The notes: generated by a model not told the origin, from the letters alone. Counted from the stretch's first letter, positions 28,163 through 38,232 are shown. The stretch: DNA of 64,000 bases from an uncultured Pseudomonadota bacterium (GCA_902785275.1 CACZYB010000001.1:192001-256000), one strand, 5' to 3'. Translations and numbers: made by a program.

Positions 28163-29317
28163 ATGAAAAAAATTATTTCAACTTTGTTGATTACAACAAT
28201 GTTTTCAACTGCAGCTTTTGCTCAAACTGTAAGTAATACAAAAGAAAGTGAAACAAAAAATTCTTTTGATCTTACACAAAAAAATTTCGTTGATGATTTT
28301 GAAGATGATGATACTGTCGTAAATTCAAAATTAGTAAACACACAAAAAGCATTAAAACCTGTAGCAGATAAATTTGCAGAAAAACCAGAAATTCCTTCTA
28401 ACATCAAACAAGATTTTAAAGAAGATAAAGATGATGGTTACCTATTAGAAGGTTTTCAACTCGGTGTCGGTGTTGGTGTTTTGGGTGGTGCCAACGCACA
28501 CTTAGGATACAGAATTCCAAGAAGAGATTATAATTTCTGGAAAAACAGATTTGGTTTCAGAATTGATTACAACTCATGGAAACCACTTGAAAGTACAATC
28601 GAAAAATACTTAGAAGACAACCCTATCGATGTTGATGGAAACGACTTCTCAGGTATGATTACTGGTACAAACTATGGTGCTTTGATTGATTTCTATCCAT
28701 TCGGAAACACATGGTTCCTTGGCAACTTCAGAATCAGTGGTGGTTACTATACCGGAGATTTCGCCATTAATGCATCCATGACAAAAAATGGTGGTGGTGA
28801 ATTCGAAATGAAAAACTTAAGATATAAAGTTGAAAATGCAACTGCTACATTAAGAGCAGGTATTGAAGCAGATGTAAAAGGCCCATACGCAGGTATCGGT
28901 TTCGATTTACAAATCCTTTACGGATTAAAACTTTACTTTGATGCCGGTGTTGTATTCATCAATAATCCAAAAATTACAACTGACCTTACTGGTAATGCTG
29001 ATTTGTGGATTAAATATTCTGAAGAATATGAAAATAAATTAAGAGAATTAGGTATTGATATTAGCGCTGTAAATGTAAATGAATTGGCACAACAAGCTGG
29101 TATCGATATATCAAATCTTCCAATAGAACTTCCTTCAGGAAGCAGTGCTATAAAAGATGCTAATGGATATACTCTTGTAGGAAAGATTACAGCAGATAAC
29201 GAATACGTAAAACAACTTCTTGCTGATACCGAAGCAGAGTATAAAGATGAACTTAAAGTTATTACAGATTCAAAGATATTCCCAATGGTTAAAATTGGTT
29301 TAATGCTTCGTTTCTAA
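28163..29317 (+). CDS. Outer membrane beta-barrel protein
   Basis: Signal peptide, amphipathic strands (PYAGIGF, LYFDAGVVF), terminal KIGLMLRF. Confidence 0.8.
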   Translation: MKKIISTLLITTMFSTAAFAQTVSNTKESETKNSFDLTQKNFVDDFEDDDTVVNSKLVNTQKALKPVADKFAEKPEIPSNIKQDFKEDKDDGYLLEGFQLGVGVGVLGGANAHLGYRIPRRDYNFWKNRFGFRIDYNSWKPLESTIEKYLEDNPIDVDGNDFSGMITGTNYGALIDFYPFGNTWFLGNFRISGGYYTGDFAINASMTKNGGGEFEMKNLRYKVENATATLRAGIEADVKGPYAGIGFDLQILYGLKLYFDAGVVFINNPKITTDLTGNADLWIKYSEEYENKLRELGIDISAVNVNELAQQAGIDISNLPIELPSGSSAIKDANGYTLVGKITADNEYVKQLLADTEAEYKDELKVITDSKIFPMVKIGLMLRF

Positions 29318-29422
29318 TAACAAAAATTCAATTCAAAAATACCTATGGCCAAAACCATGGGTATTTTTTTTATTTTTTTGCTTGAAACTTAGAAAAATAT
29401 TGGTTATATTATTTGCCATAGT

Positions 29423-29496
29423 GCGGGTGTAGCTCAATGGTAGAGTTCCAGCCTTCCAAGCTGGCCGTGAGGGTTCGATTCCCTTCACCCGCTCCA
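29423..29496 (+). tRNA. tRNA-Gly(TCC)
   Basis: GCGGGTG...CTTCCAA...CACCCGCTCCA; promoter TTGAAA-17-TATATT at 29382-29410. Confidence 0.97.
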
Positions 29497-29620
29497 AAGT
29501 TAAATCCTTGATTTTATTGCATTTTTTAGTTCATACTTTATGAAGAAGTATTTTTATACTTATTGCAAAACTCTTGTAAATACAAATACTTAGCTTTTTG
29601 CTTATAAAGGGTTTTGGCGA

Positions 29621-31144
29621 ATGTTTGATAAGTGTGATGCAAAGTGTGATGCATTTGGTTTTAGGAATATCCCTCATTTGTGGTTGAGAAAGAATGTTTT
29701 TTATTGTAGAATAGAGTTGCCAAAGAAGGATAGCAAACGAAGATATGGACGTTATTCGTTGCATACAAATAATTATTATGAGGCTTTAACTAAAATGGAT
29801 GGTATTAAGCAGTTTAATGTAAAGTTTAATAGATTGTGTGAATTGTATTCTCAAATAAGTGTTATTCGTAGAAATGTTGAGCAAATTCCAGGTCATGCAA
29901 TAATGACATTTTATGTTCCGGATGAATTAGTGTTATCTCCAAATAATAAGCCTGAAACATTGATAGAATTTATAGAGTTATTTGCTGAAATAAAACAGGG
30001 TCTTGAAAGATATAATGTTAATAAAGAAGTTGCAAACAATCTTAAAACTATGGAAACTAAACTTAATTTAATTGAAAAAAAGTTAGGTCCTGAGGCTTTT
30101 GCAAAACTTATTCAAACTAATGCTCCACAAGTAAAAGAAACACCTAAACATACATTAAAAGAGATATTGGATATAATGCTTCTTAGAGCAAATAATAAAG
30201 AAGATGAAAAGACAAGAAAAAGGAACTTTTTAAGTAGTGTTTTTGATAGTGTAAATTTGAATTTAGAAAGCGATTATTTGGATTTTTATAAGCCTGATAT
30301 TATTTCTAAGATTTCAGAAAGTATTGTAAATAAGGTAGGTGTAAAGAATGATAATAGACGTCAAAAACTTAGATATATTACGGAATTTGTAAATTGCGCA
30401 TGTAATGTAGAGCCTGATTTTTATAAGAATAACCTTATATTAAATTTGCCTAAAATAACAAAAACAAAGAAGAGTGATAGAAAACCTCATTTGCCTTATT
30501 CTGAGGAACAACTTAAAGAAATATTTGATACAAAGCATAAGTTTTTTGATGAAAACCCGGATGTTTTTTGGATTTGTATGATTGCTTTGTTTACTGGTGC
30601 AAGGTTAAATGCAGCAACAACTTTACAATACGGAGATGTTTTTGAAAAAGATAAGATAAAATGTTTATATTTCCGTTCAAATCATACTATAAAGCATTTG
30701 AAAAATGATGCAAGTGAAAGAATTGTTCCAATACACAAACAGTTATTAGATTTAGGATTTTGGAATTATGTAGAGCGTAGAAAAAAGAAATTAAAAGCAA
30801 AAGATGAAGATTTTATTTTCCCAAAATGTAAAACAAAAAGTGGTGAATACAATGACAGGTATATGTTAAGAACTTTGTTTGTATTTTTGGAAGAACTTGA
30901 TATTAAAGAAAAAGGTTTGGATTTCCATTCATTCCGTAAAAATGCCAGTCTTGCAATGCAATCTGCTGGTTTAGTTGCAAGTTGTATCAATAGAATTATT
31001 GGTTGGGAAGGAACTGGAACTATGGAGCAATCTTATTCCAATTACACATTACAACAGATAAATACAGAATTAAATAAGTTTAGTTATGATTACTTACAGA
31101 CAGAGTTTGATGAGTGGGAAAAAATTATGGAGAAGAAGGATTAG
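29621..31144 (+). CDS. Tyrosine integrase (DUF6538-like N-terminus)
   Basis: ALFTGARLN, K(N)DAS-RIVPIH, FHSFRK, IIGW and SYS catalytic motifs; N-terminal FYCRIELP...SLHT. Confidence 0.93.
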   Translation: MFDKCDAKCDAFGFRNIPHLWLRKNVFYCRIELPKKDSKRRYGRYSLHTNNYYEALTKMDGIKQFNVKFNRLCELYSQISVIRRNVEQIPGHAIMTFYVPDELVLSPNNKPETLIEFIELFAEIKQGLERYNVNKEVANNLKTMETKLNLIEKKLGPEAFAKLIQTNAPQVKETPKHTLKEILDIMLLRANNKEDEKTRKRNFLSSVFDSVNLNLESDYLDFYKPDIISKISESIVNKVGVKNDNRRQKLRYITEFVNCACNVEPDFYKNNLILNLPKITKTKKSDRKPHLPYSEEQLKEIFDTKHKFFDENPDVFWICMIALFTGARLNAATTLQYGDVFEKDKIKCLYFRSNHTIKHLKNDASERIVPIHKQLLDLGFWNYVERRKKKLKAKDEDFIFPKCKTKSGEYNDRYMLRTLFVFLEELDIKEKGLDFHSFRKNASLAMQSAGLVASCINRIIGWEGTGTMEQSYSNYTLQQINTELNKFSYDYLQTEFDEWEKIMEKKD

Positions 31145-31149
31145 TAGTA

Positions 31150-31173
31150 GTTGGTGACAAATTGTCATCAACT
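31150..31173. terminator. Hairpin between the convergent integrase and XRE genes
   Basis: GTTGGTGACA-AAT-TGTCATCAAC. Confidence 0.5.
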
Positions 31174-31180
31174 GAAGAAA

Positions 31181-31519
31181 TTATTTCATTTCAAGTAATG
31201 CTTCAATCTGTTTTAGAATAATTTTTAATGTTTTATCGTCTTGTGTTTCTAGTAAACTTATAATGTGGTTTAATGTTTCATTATTTGAAATATTATTTAT
31301 AGGTGTATCAACCAATAAATCTTGAATCGAAATATTTAATGTTTTTGCAAAAGAATAAAGTGTTGTAATTCTTGGATCGGTAAGGCCTCTTTCAATATTT
31401 GAAACGGTATTTATCATTTTACCAGATAGTTCAGCAAAGTCTTCTTGGCTCATTCCTTTTTGTTTTCTTAAATTAGCAATATGTCTTCCAAGAGTTTGTA
31501 AAAATACTTTATCCATCAT
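31181..31519 (-). CDS. XRE-family HTH transcriptional regulator
   Basis: IANLRKQKGMSQEDFAELSG...VSNIERG..DP. Confidence 0.93.
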   Translation of the reverse strand: MMDKVFLQTLGRHIANLRKQKGMSQEDFAELSGKMINTVSNIERGLTDPRITTLYSFAKTLNISIQDLLVDTPINNISNNETLNHIISLLETQDDKTLKIILKQIEALLEMK

Positions 31520-31546
31520 AAAACCTCACTTTTATGATTTAATTTT

Positions 31547-31627
31547 CACATTAAAATGTGGAAAACACCATAGTGCTATAATGTGTATTTTTTAATTGAC
31601 TTCTTTAATATTACACATTATAATGTG
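31547..31627. promoter_or_regulatory. Divergent promoter with CACAT-N4-ATGTG operators
   Basis: Palindromes at 31547-31560 and 31614-31627; TTGACT-17-TATAAT at 31596-31624. Confidence 0.75.
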
Positions 31628-31663
31628 AATTGCACTTACAATACACATAAAGGAATGTGAAAA

Positions 31664-32113
31664 ATGGATGAAATAATAAAAGAAAAAGTTTTGCAAGAAA
31701 TTGGAATATTTAAACAAAACGAAGATATAAAAGTATCTGGAACTCAAAAATATTTTTTAGTTACTTTTGGTGTGGTTAAAAATGTTAATCCAATAGAATT
31801 TCAAGTTATTGATGATAAAAACAAAAATATAACGATTCAGTATACTAATGCATTTGAAGGATTAGAATATCAACTACGTCAAGATATTGAAGTTATAACA
31901 AGTATTATTGAAGATAAAACTGCGATAAAAAAACAATCAACAAAGTCTATAAATATATTTTTTCTTGTAGATAAAAATGGTAAATTTAATGAACAGATTT
32001 TATCTAAAATTTATAAAATTGGTATAGAACAAGATATTGCAGCTTTAAACTTGTATAAAATACCTTTTAATGTCTTTGTAAAAGAAGTAAAAGATTTAAA
32101 ACCTATAATTTAA
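31664..32113 (+). CDS. Hypothetical protein (element cargo)
   Basis: 149-aa ORF downstream of a consensus promoter. Confidence 0.7.
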   Translation: MDEIIKEKVLQEIGIFKQNEDIKVSGTQKYFLVTFGVVKNVNPIEFQVIDDKNKNITIQYTNAFEGLEYQLRQDIEVITSIIEDKTAIKKQSTKSINIFFLVDKNGKFNEQILSKIYKIGIEQDIAALNLYKIPFNVFVKEVKDLKPII

Positions 32114-32133
32114 TCAAAGTAAAGGAAAAAATT

Positions 32134-33036
32134 ATGAAAAAATTTTTAATATTATTTAGCTTTATCTTAACATTTATTTTTAAATTGGATGTAGCGTATG
32201 CAGAATCTCAAGAAAAATTAGAAGAAAAGATTGCTTATGTTTCAAATTTTCGTAAAAAAATTCATGAACTTAAGCCTGAACTGAATGATGAAGAGTTAGA
32301 TGTTTTTAATACTCTTTCGCTTTCTATGATTTTTCACGACGAAGTTGTAAAAAATTGTAGTGAAGATGGAATTTTATCTGTAAGTGAAGATACTGTGTCA
32401 CCTGGAATTATAAATTATTTACAAGTATTTATGAAAAAAGAAATAAATCCTCAATATTTTATGGAATATTATAATAGATTTATTGATAATAGTGATGAAT
32501 GTATTTTACAAAGAAGAAATAATAAAGGCCCAACATCTATTTGTTGGTTTGATTATAAAAGATTTCTTCCAAAAACATCAAAAATAAAAACGGATAATGA
32601 TTTCTTATATTTTTATAAAGCATATGATTTTTTTAGTGTTTCAAACTTTTGTAACAATACACAAGAATTAACAACAGCAGAAAGAAAAGAATGTAAGGAA
32701 AAATTTAGAAAATTTCTTGTCCAACTATCAAATAAAACAGCCCCACATTGTAGGGATATTATTCCAGGAGAGTACAAGAAACTTTTACAAGAAAGTAAAG
32801 ATTTGTTGAAAACTGTTAATGATACTCGTATAGAAAATGCTTTGGGTCATGAAAAACAGCTTGAAACAATGATGTATCGTGCAATGTATGGAAGTGCATA
32901 TGAAAAGGCAGCAATTGAAGCATTGCAAAATATGGGATTTAGAAATTTCTGTATAGTTGAAGGTTTTGAAGAAGATTTAAAGAAAATACAAGGTAAAAAT
33001 ATTTATAAAAAAATTGAAAGTATTGAATTAAATTAG
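32134..33036 (+). CDS. Secreted Cys-containing hypothetical protein (element cargo)
   Basis: Signal peptide ending AYA; 7 Cys. Confidence 0.75.
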   Translation: MKKFLILFSFILTFIFKLDVAYAESQEKLEEKIAYVSNFRKKIHELKPELNDEELDVFNTLSLSMIFHDEVVKNCSEDGILSVSEDTVSPGIINYLQVFMKKEINPQYFMEYYNRFIDNSDECILQRRNNKGPTSICWFDYKRFLPKTSKIKTDNDFLYFYKAYDFFSVSNFCNNTQELTTAERKECKEKFRKFLVQLSNKTAPHCRDIIPGEYKKLLQESKDLLKTVNDTRIENALGHEKQLETMMYRAMYGSAYEKAAIEALQNMGFRNFCIVEGFEEDLKKIQGKNIYKKIESIELN

Positions 33037-33292
33037 TATTTAAATATAAAATAAAAAACTTCGTATCTCTAATGACACGAGGTTTTTTTATGTGTATTTC
33101 TGGATAGAAAACGTTTTCTTAAAAATTTGTTAATACTTAGAGATAACAAATAATTGAAATCCCCAATTCTAAATAAAGGATGTGAATGGCTGTTTTTAGC
33201 CAATTTTGTTGCATTTTTATGCGTTTTTTTGTGTGCTTTTAAGGGAAAAACTGGGATAATAGCTATGTAAAACAAAAAAGAAAGGCTTAAAA

Positions 33293-33541
33293 ATGTTAAA
33301 GAAATTTGAAAATTGGTTGCTACAAAATAATTATAAACCTAATACTGCAAAGGATTACCAATATAGAATAAAGCGTGTATGTAAAAAAGAAAATATTAGT
33401 TTGGATATGCTTGTAGAAAATATAAATAATTTATTGCCAGAATATGAATTAAGTGGAATGAAAGCTGAGTATGGAAAAACTAGCCATGAAAGTGTTAAAC
33501 AAGCATTGCGTAGATTTAATAAGTTTTTAATGCAAGCATAA
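33293..33541 (+). CDS. Small protein resembling a stand-alone integrase core-binding (SAM-like) domain
   Basis: FENWL...YKPNTAKDY...I...ALRRFNKF pattern. Confidence 0.55.
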   Translation: MLKKFENWLLQNNYKPNTAKDYQYRIKRVCKKENISLDMLVENINNLLPEYELSGMKAEYGKTSHESVKQALRRFNKFLMQA

Positions 33542-33640
33542 TTAAATATTATTTAGATTAAAAATAATGAACCAGGATTGATTGAATTTAGTCCTGGTTT
33601 ATATTTTATAAAGAAAAGATTTTATGAATTTAGAATTGAT

Positions 33641-34231
33641 TTAATTGAATATTTGATAATCGAAGATGATGTTGTCGGTATTAGAGAATTGCATATCGTT
33701 TGATTGAATTAATGTGAATTCTTTGGATAGATATTCGGCGATGCCGTTTGTATTAAATATAGGAGAAATTACGATATTGTCTGGATATTGATTGGATGGT
33801 TTAAAATTTTTATTTGTTTTTAATGAAACGGACATGTGTAATTTATTTTGTAATGAAAAAAGAGTGTTTATAAGGTCGCCGGTTGTAAATTTATTTGATT
33901 TGAGCCCTAAAATAACGTGAGCATGAAAATTTGTATTAGATTGGCCTTGCTCTTGAACAGCAATAAAAATAAAATGTTTTTGATATAATTTGAACCAATG
34001 TGAACCTAATAATTTATTGAATATTTGATTAAACATTGTATGAAGTTTGCTTATAAGTTGAGCTTGGGTTGTAGGGGGATTATAAAACCAACGAATACTA
34101 AAAAATAAACCATTACTGCTTAGTGAGGAGGAGAACCAGCTTGTAATGGTTTGGATGCTTTGCATATTTTTGCAGAATTGTGTTGAATGTTGAGAAAGAG
34201 ATTTTATTTTTTTAAACTTAGATTTATACAT
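33641..34231 (-). CDS. HUH-endonuclease/Rep-like protein (rolling-circle type)
   Basis: E...FHAHVIL (HUH motif) and AEYLSKE (YxxK motif). Confidence 0.65.
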   Translation of the reverse strand: MYKSKFKKIKSLSQHSTQFCKNMQSIQTITSWFSSSLSSNGLFFSIRWFYNPPTTQAQLISKLHTMFNQIFNKLLGSHWFKLYQKHFIFIAVQEQGQSNTNFHAHVILGLKSNKFTTGDLINTLFSLQNKLHMSVSLKTNKNFKPSNQYPDNIVISPIFNTNGIAEYLSKEFTLIQSNDMQFSNTDNIIFDYQIFN

Positions 34232-34952
34232 TTTATTTATTTTTATATTTATTGTTAGTTAGTATTATTTTTTGCATAATAATATTTACTATATAAAAAT
34301 ACTATATAGTTTTTAAATTTACAAATTAAGTATCTACACTACCTTCGTATTTGACCAATAAGGGCCTATACTATATAGAACTGTGAAAATTTTTTATTTT
34401 TGGGGATTTTTAATTTTTTTTATTTGGAATTTTTATATATGATTTATTTTTTTTATTAATATTAGAAAATAAAAAATAATGTTTATATAGTATATACAAT
34501 GAGTTAGAAGATTTTTGTGTCGGGGTTTTTAATGAAATTTAGATAAAATAAGAGGAAAAATATATAAAAAACCCCTTAGAAATGAAGGTTTAATATGTAG
34601 TGATTTTTTGATGTTTTTAAAAAACACTTCCTATAAGACGCGTTTTTTTAGGGGCTAAAATTGGGTTTTTATGAAGTTTTTGAAGAAAATTTTTTGAAAA
34701 AATATTTTAATGAAAAATGTTGAAAATATGGGGGAGGAGAGGGGGAGCCAGGGTCCCATATTTTTATGCTTTTAATGTAAAATTTAAAATTTATTAAAAA
34801 AACTTGTTTGCTTTAAGGGAAAAACGTTTTATAATAAGTGTGATGCAATTAGTGATGCAGTAAGTATGTATGGCTAAAAATAATTGCGTGAAAAGTTAGA
34901 GATTTGGTTGGTTTTGGTGTTGTGTAAAGGCTTAATTTTTAGATGAGTTATA

Positions 34953-34970
34953 CCCTTCACCCGCTCCAAA
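34953..34970 (+). repeat. attR: duplicated tRNA-Gly 3' end
   Basis: 18-bp exact match to 29481-29498. Confidence 0.95.
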
Positions 34971-35157
34971 ATCAGAAGTGGCAATCGCCACTTTTTTTAT
35001 TTGCAAAAATACCCTTCAAAATTAAAAGCAATATTAAAAAACTAAATACTTTTATTTTGTTTATGAAAATAAAAATACTCTTAACAACAAACGATGTTAG
35101 TAAGGAGTTCTAGAATTACTGATTTGGAATCGAAGAGTTCTACGACTTTAGATTTAG

Positions 35158-35245
35158 TGGCGGAAAGAGGGGGATTCGAACCCTCGATACCTTGCGGTAT
35201 GCACGCTTTCCAAGCGTGTGCAATCGACCACTCTGCCATCTTTCC
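35158..35245 (-). tRNA. tRNA-Ser(GGA)
   Basis: GGAAAGA...TTGGAAA...long variable arm...TCTTTCCGCCA. Confidence 0.96.
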
Positions 35246-35320
35246 TTAATATAACTATAATACCGTACAATCACTGTACTTATGCAGAAATTCTACATAA
35301 AAATTTTTACAAGTCAATAA

Positions 35321-35554
35321 TTATCTTGCTTTTTTAAATGGATTTCGTGGATGTAAAAACCAATTAATAACAAGCATTGTTTTTCCAACACATAAAAACA
35401 AAATCCACATTAAAATCAATAACACTGGCACTGATGTATGAATTCTGTATCCAAGCCAAAATATATCAACTACGCCATAATTATTCGAAATCCATACCCC
35501 AATCACAGAAAACAAAAGGAATATAAAAAAATATTTAAGAGAAGCTTTCAACAT
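35321..35554 (-). CDS. Short HemY N-terminal-like membrane protein
   Basis: TM-W-x-x-N-x-G-x-V-x-I-x-W-L-G-Y-R-I-x-T-S-TM pattern; directly after the Mic60 homolog. Confidence 0.65.
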   Translation of the reverse strand: MLKASLKYFFIFLLFSVIGVWISNNYGVVDIFWLGYRIHTSVPVLLILMWILFLCVGKTMLVINWFLHPRNPFKKAR

Positions 35555-35567
35555 TTTCTTTATCTCC

Positions 35568-36611
35568 TTATATATTAACTTCTTTTACTGGTTCAGTAAT
35601 GGTAATAACCTTTTTCTTTACAGGAACTTTCTTTACTTCTACATCATGCAAAGCCTTTTCCAAAGCAACCTTTAAAACCGGAGCAATAACTTCATCTACA
35701 GAAAGTTTCACCTTTGCATCATCATACCATTTTTTTGCAAAATTAAAGCCAGCTTCTGAAACATCTTTTAACTTTTCAAATTCAAAAACTGCCTTTGCCA
35801 AATTACCTTCTTTTAAGGCATCCTCAGTCTTTGCAACAATAAAATCCGGAGTTTTTTCTTCATCCAAAGGATTGCTAAAATCAATCTTTCTTATTTTCAA
35901 AAGACCCTTTACACGGAACAAAAATCTATCTCTCATATTGTCACCTTCACCCTTTGGGTTATTGGAAACAAAAACAACATCTGTTGCAATTTTATCAAAT
36001 TCATTTCTTAATTCAGAAACGGTCTTAATTCCATTTTCAGAGTAAGGAGAAAGTACAGTTTCTGCTTCTTGCACAACCTTATCCTTACCGGCAATTTCCA
36101 TCAATGTATCAAGCTCTGCTTTGAAACTATCACCTCTATTTATTGCATCACGAAGCAAAGTTGCCGAAGTCAACATCAAAAGGTTCAAACCTTTATATGT
36201 TTTATTATATTCTTCTAAGGAGCTTATTTTTGATTCAAGTTTAGCCAAATCATTCTTATCAAACATAAGTTCACGTACACGTTGAATATTATCTTTTATA
36301 TCCAAACCAAATTGTTGAACTTGATCTTTAATATCAACCTTTTGCAAATCACGAATTTTTTCAATATAGGTTTCCAAAAGTTCAACGCCACCCTTTTCCA
36401 TATTATCAACTTTGTTTGCTAAAATAAGTACTTGTCTTTTTTGGTTATCAAGCTCTAAGCTTAAAAAACCAATAATCCAAATCATAAGAATAAAAAGGAA
36501 AGCAAAAATCACCACCTGAAACACAGAAAAAGAAGTTTCCTTTTTTGGTGTTTTTACAATTTCAACAACAGTATCTTCTGTTTTTTCTAATTTTTTCTTT
36601 TTACTAAACAT
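35568..36611 (-). CDS. Mitofilin/Mic60 (COG4223) family protein
   Basis: N-terminal TM, coiled coil, LRDAINRGDSFKAEL, GIKTVSELRNEF, EDALKEGNLAKA...W. Confidence 0.8.
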   Translation of the reverse strand: MFSKKKKLEKTEDTVVEIVKTPKKETSFSVFQVVIFAFLFILMIWIIGFLSLELDNQKRQVLILANKVDNMEKGGVELLETYIEKIRDLQKVDIKDQVQQFGLDIKDNIQRVRELMFDKNDLAKLESKISSLEEYNKTYKGLNLLMLTSATLLRDAINRGDSFKAELDTLMEIAGKDKVVQEAETVLSPYSENGIKTVSELRNEFDKIATDVVFVSNNPKGEGDNMRDRFLFRVKGLLKIRKIDFSNPLDEEKTPDFIVAKTEDALKEGNLAKAVFEFEKLKDVSEAGFNFAKKWYDDAKVKLSVDEVIAPVLKVALEKALHDVEVKKVPVKKKVITITEPVKEVNI

Positions 36612-36620
36612 AACACTCTC

Positions 36621-36995
36621 CTAAAATTTAAAATCAATAACTGTACTTTGTTTTGGTTTATTGCTTGAAGAAAAAGCCGCAGACAAAGTTTTAATTTTTG
36701 TTGTAATCTGAGCAAGCACATTTGCCAAAGCATTCTCATCCAATGCTTCTTCTTTCAAAACAGAAACTTGCTTTTCCAAACTTGCAATTTTTGTTTTTGC
36801 CTTTGAAATATCACCAAAGGTAAGAATACAAACCATCAAAAGCAAAGTTTCACTATCAACATCACCAAACATAGATGATAAACTTCTTGCTTTATTATCA
36901 ATTTGCTCAGCAATAGCAAGTATTTGTTCTTCTTGCCCTGCCCCACAATCCACAGAATAATTTTTTGAATTTATTTTAAAATTAACTGTTGGCAT
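36621..36995 (-). CDS. zapA: Cell division protein ZapA
   Basis: VNFKINSKNYSVDCGAGQE...LLLMVCI, C-terminal coiled coil. Confidence 0.88.
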   Translation of the reverse strand: MPTVNFKINSKNYSVDCGAGQEEQILAIAEQIDNKARSLSSMFGDVDSETLLLMVCILTFGDISKAKTKIASLEKQVSVLKEEALDENALANVLAQITTKIKTLSAAFSSSNKPKQSTVIDFKF

Positions 36996-37003
36996 TTTTC
37001 CCT

Positions 37004-37267
37004 CTAAAATTTATTTATCTTGTTTTTCAAAGAAATTGATAAATCATGTATTTCACCAATAGCACGTCGAACCTTACTTTGTTCAACAAGCAACGAATGT
37101 TTAAGGTTATCTATTTCCACCTTATTTTTTTCATCATTTTCCTTATAAAAACGGATTTCATCATCAAAATTTTGCAATTTTGTACTTTTATATACATCAA
37201 AATTCCGCTCCAACTCGGAAACGGACTCTGATAATAATTGCAAAGAATTACTAAGTTTCTCTTTCAT
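37004..37267 (-). CDS. Small coiled-coil protein upstream of zapA (DUF4164-like position)
   Basis: Heptad pattern; gene context. Confidence 0.55.
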   Translation of the reverse strand: MKEKLSNSLQLLSESVSELERNFDVYKSTKLQNFDDEIRFYKENDEKNKVEIDNLKHSLLVEQSKVRRAIGEIHDLSISLKNKINKF

Positions 37268-37344
37268 ACTTGCCTTTTTCAAAAAAGTTATATATAACTT
37301 ATATAAAATATACAAAAAAAACAAATAAAATTCAAGGATAAAAA

Positions 37345-38214
37345 ATGAGAAAGTCTTTAAGGAAGAATGATGAACTAAGAAATATTACATTGGTACCAAA
37401 CATAAATAAATACGCTGATGGTTCTTGTTTAATAACATGTGGTGATACAAAAGTTATGTGTACTGCAACAATAGAATCAAAAGTTCCATTATTCTTAAAA
37501 CATTCCGGAAAAGGTTGGGTAACTGCAGAATACGGAATGCTTCCTGCATCATGTCAAACGCGTATAGATAGGGAAAAATCACGTGTTGGTGGTCGTACAG
37601 CCGAAATCCAAAGATTAATCGGACGTTCTCTTCGCTCTGTTGTTGACCTTGATAAAATAGGCGAAAGACAAATAATTATTGATTGCGATGTTATCCAAGC
37701 CGATGGTGGTACAAGAACCGCATCCATTACTGGTGGATATATTGCTTTGTACATCGCATTAAAAAAACTTCAAGAAAAACAAAGATGGCAAAATCTTCCT
37801 ATACTTGATATGGTTGCTGCTATCTCATGCGGTATCATTGATGGCGAAGTATTACTCGATCTTGATTATGATGAAGATAGTAACGCCGAAACAGACAGTA
37901 ATTTTGTTATGACAGAAAGTGGTGGCATCATTGAAATACAAGGAACCGCCGAAAGAATTCCTTTCACAGAAACAGAATTCACAAAACTTCTTTCTACTGC
38001 AAAAAATGCATTAAAAACTATCTTTGAAAAACAAAAAGAAGTTATAAATCAAATAGACGAGCAATTCGAAAAAAATCGTCAGGAAAGATTAGAAGCACGT
38101 CTTTTATCTGCTGGAATTAATACATTAATAAAGACAAAGAAAAATAATTCAAATCAAATCTTAGATGAAAACAGAGATATAAACGGAAACGTTGCTAACG
38201 GTTCAAATATATAA
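37345..38214 (+). CDS. rph: Ribonuclease PH
   Basis: [42 protein letters not shown]. Confidence 0.97.
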   Translation: MRKSLRKNDELRNITLVPNINKYADGSCLITCGDTKVMCTATIESKVPLFLKHSGKGWVTAEYGMLPASCQTRIDREKSRVGGRTAEIQRLIGRSLRSVVDLDKIGERQIIIDCDVIQADGGTRTASITGGYIALYIALKKLQEKQRWQNLPILDMVAAISCGIIDGEVLLDLDYDEDSNAETDSNFVMTESGGIIEIQGTAERIPFTETEFTKLLSTAKNALKTIFEKQKEVINQIDEQFEKNRQERLEARLLSAGINTLIKTKKNNSNQILDENRDINGNVANGSNI

Positions 38215-38232
38215 TCACAAGGGAGGTATAAA

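Larger units (their letters stand above)
29481..34970. mobile_element. 5.5-kb integrative element inserted in the tRNA-Gly 3' end
   Basis: Direct repeat CCCTTCACCCGCTCCAAA at 29481-29498 and 34953-34970; integrase next to the tRNA. Confidence 0.93.

Noticed and set aside
34729-34757. G-rich tract as a G-quadruplex or Rep nick site
   Set aside because: Conspicuous in AT-rich DNA, but I cannot match it to a known origin motif; insufficient evidence
35106-35155. Two imperfect GAGTTCTA...GATTT repeats after tRNA-Ser
   Set aside because: Short, only two degenerate copies; may be chance
35599-36045. 148-aa plus-strand ORF and other short antisense or nested ORFs in the track
   Set aside because: Shadows of well-supported genes on the opposite strand or in another frame; no motifs or RBS
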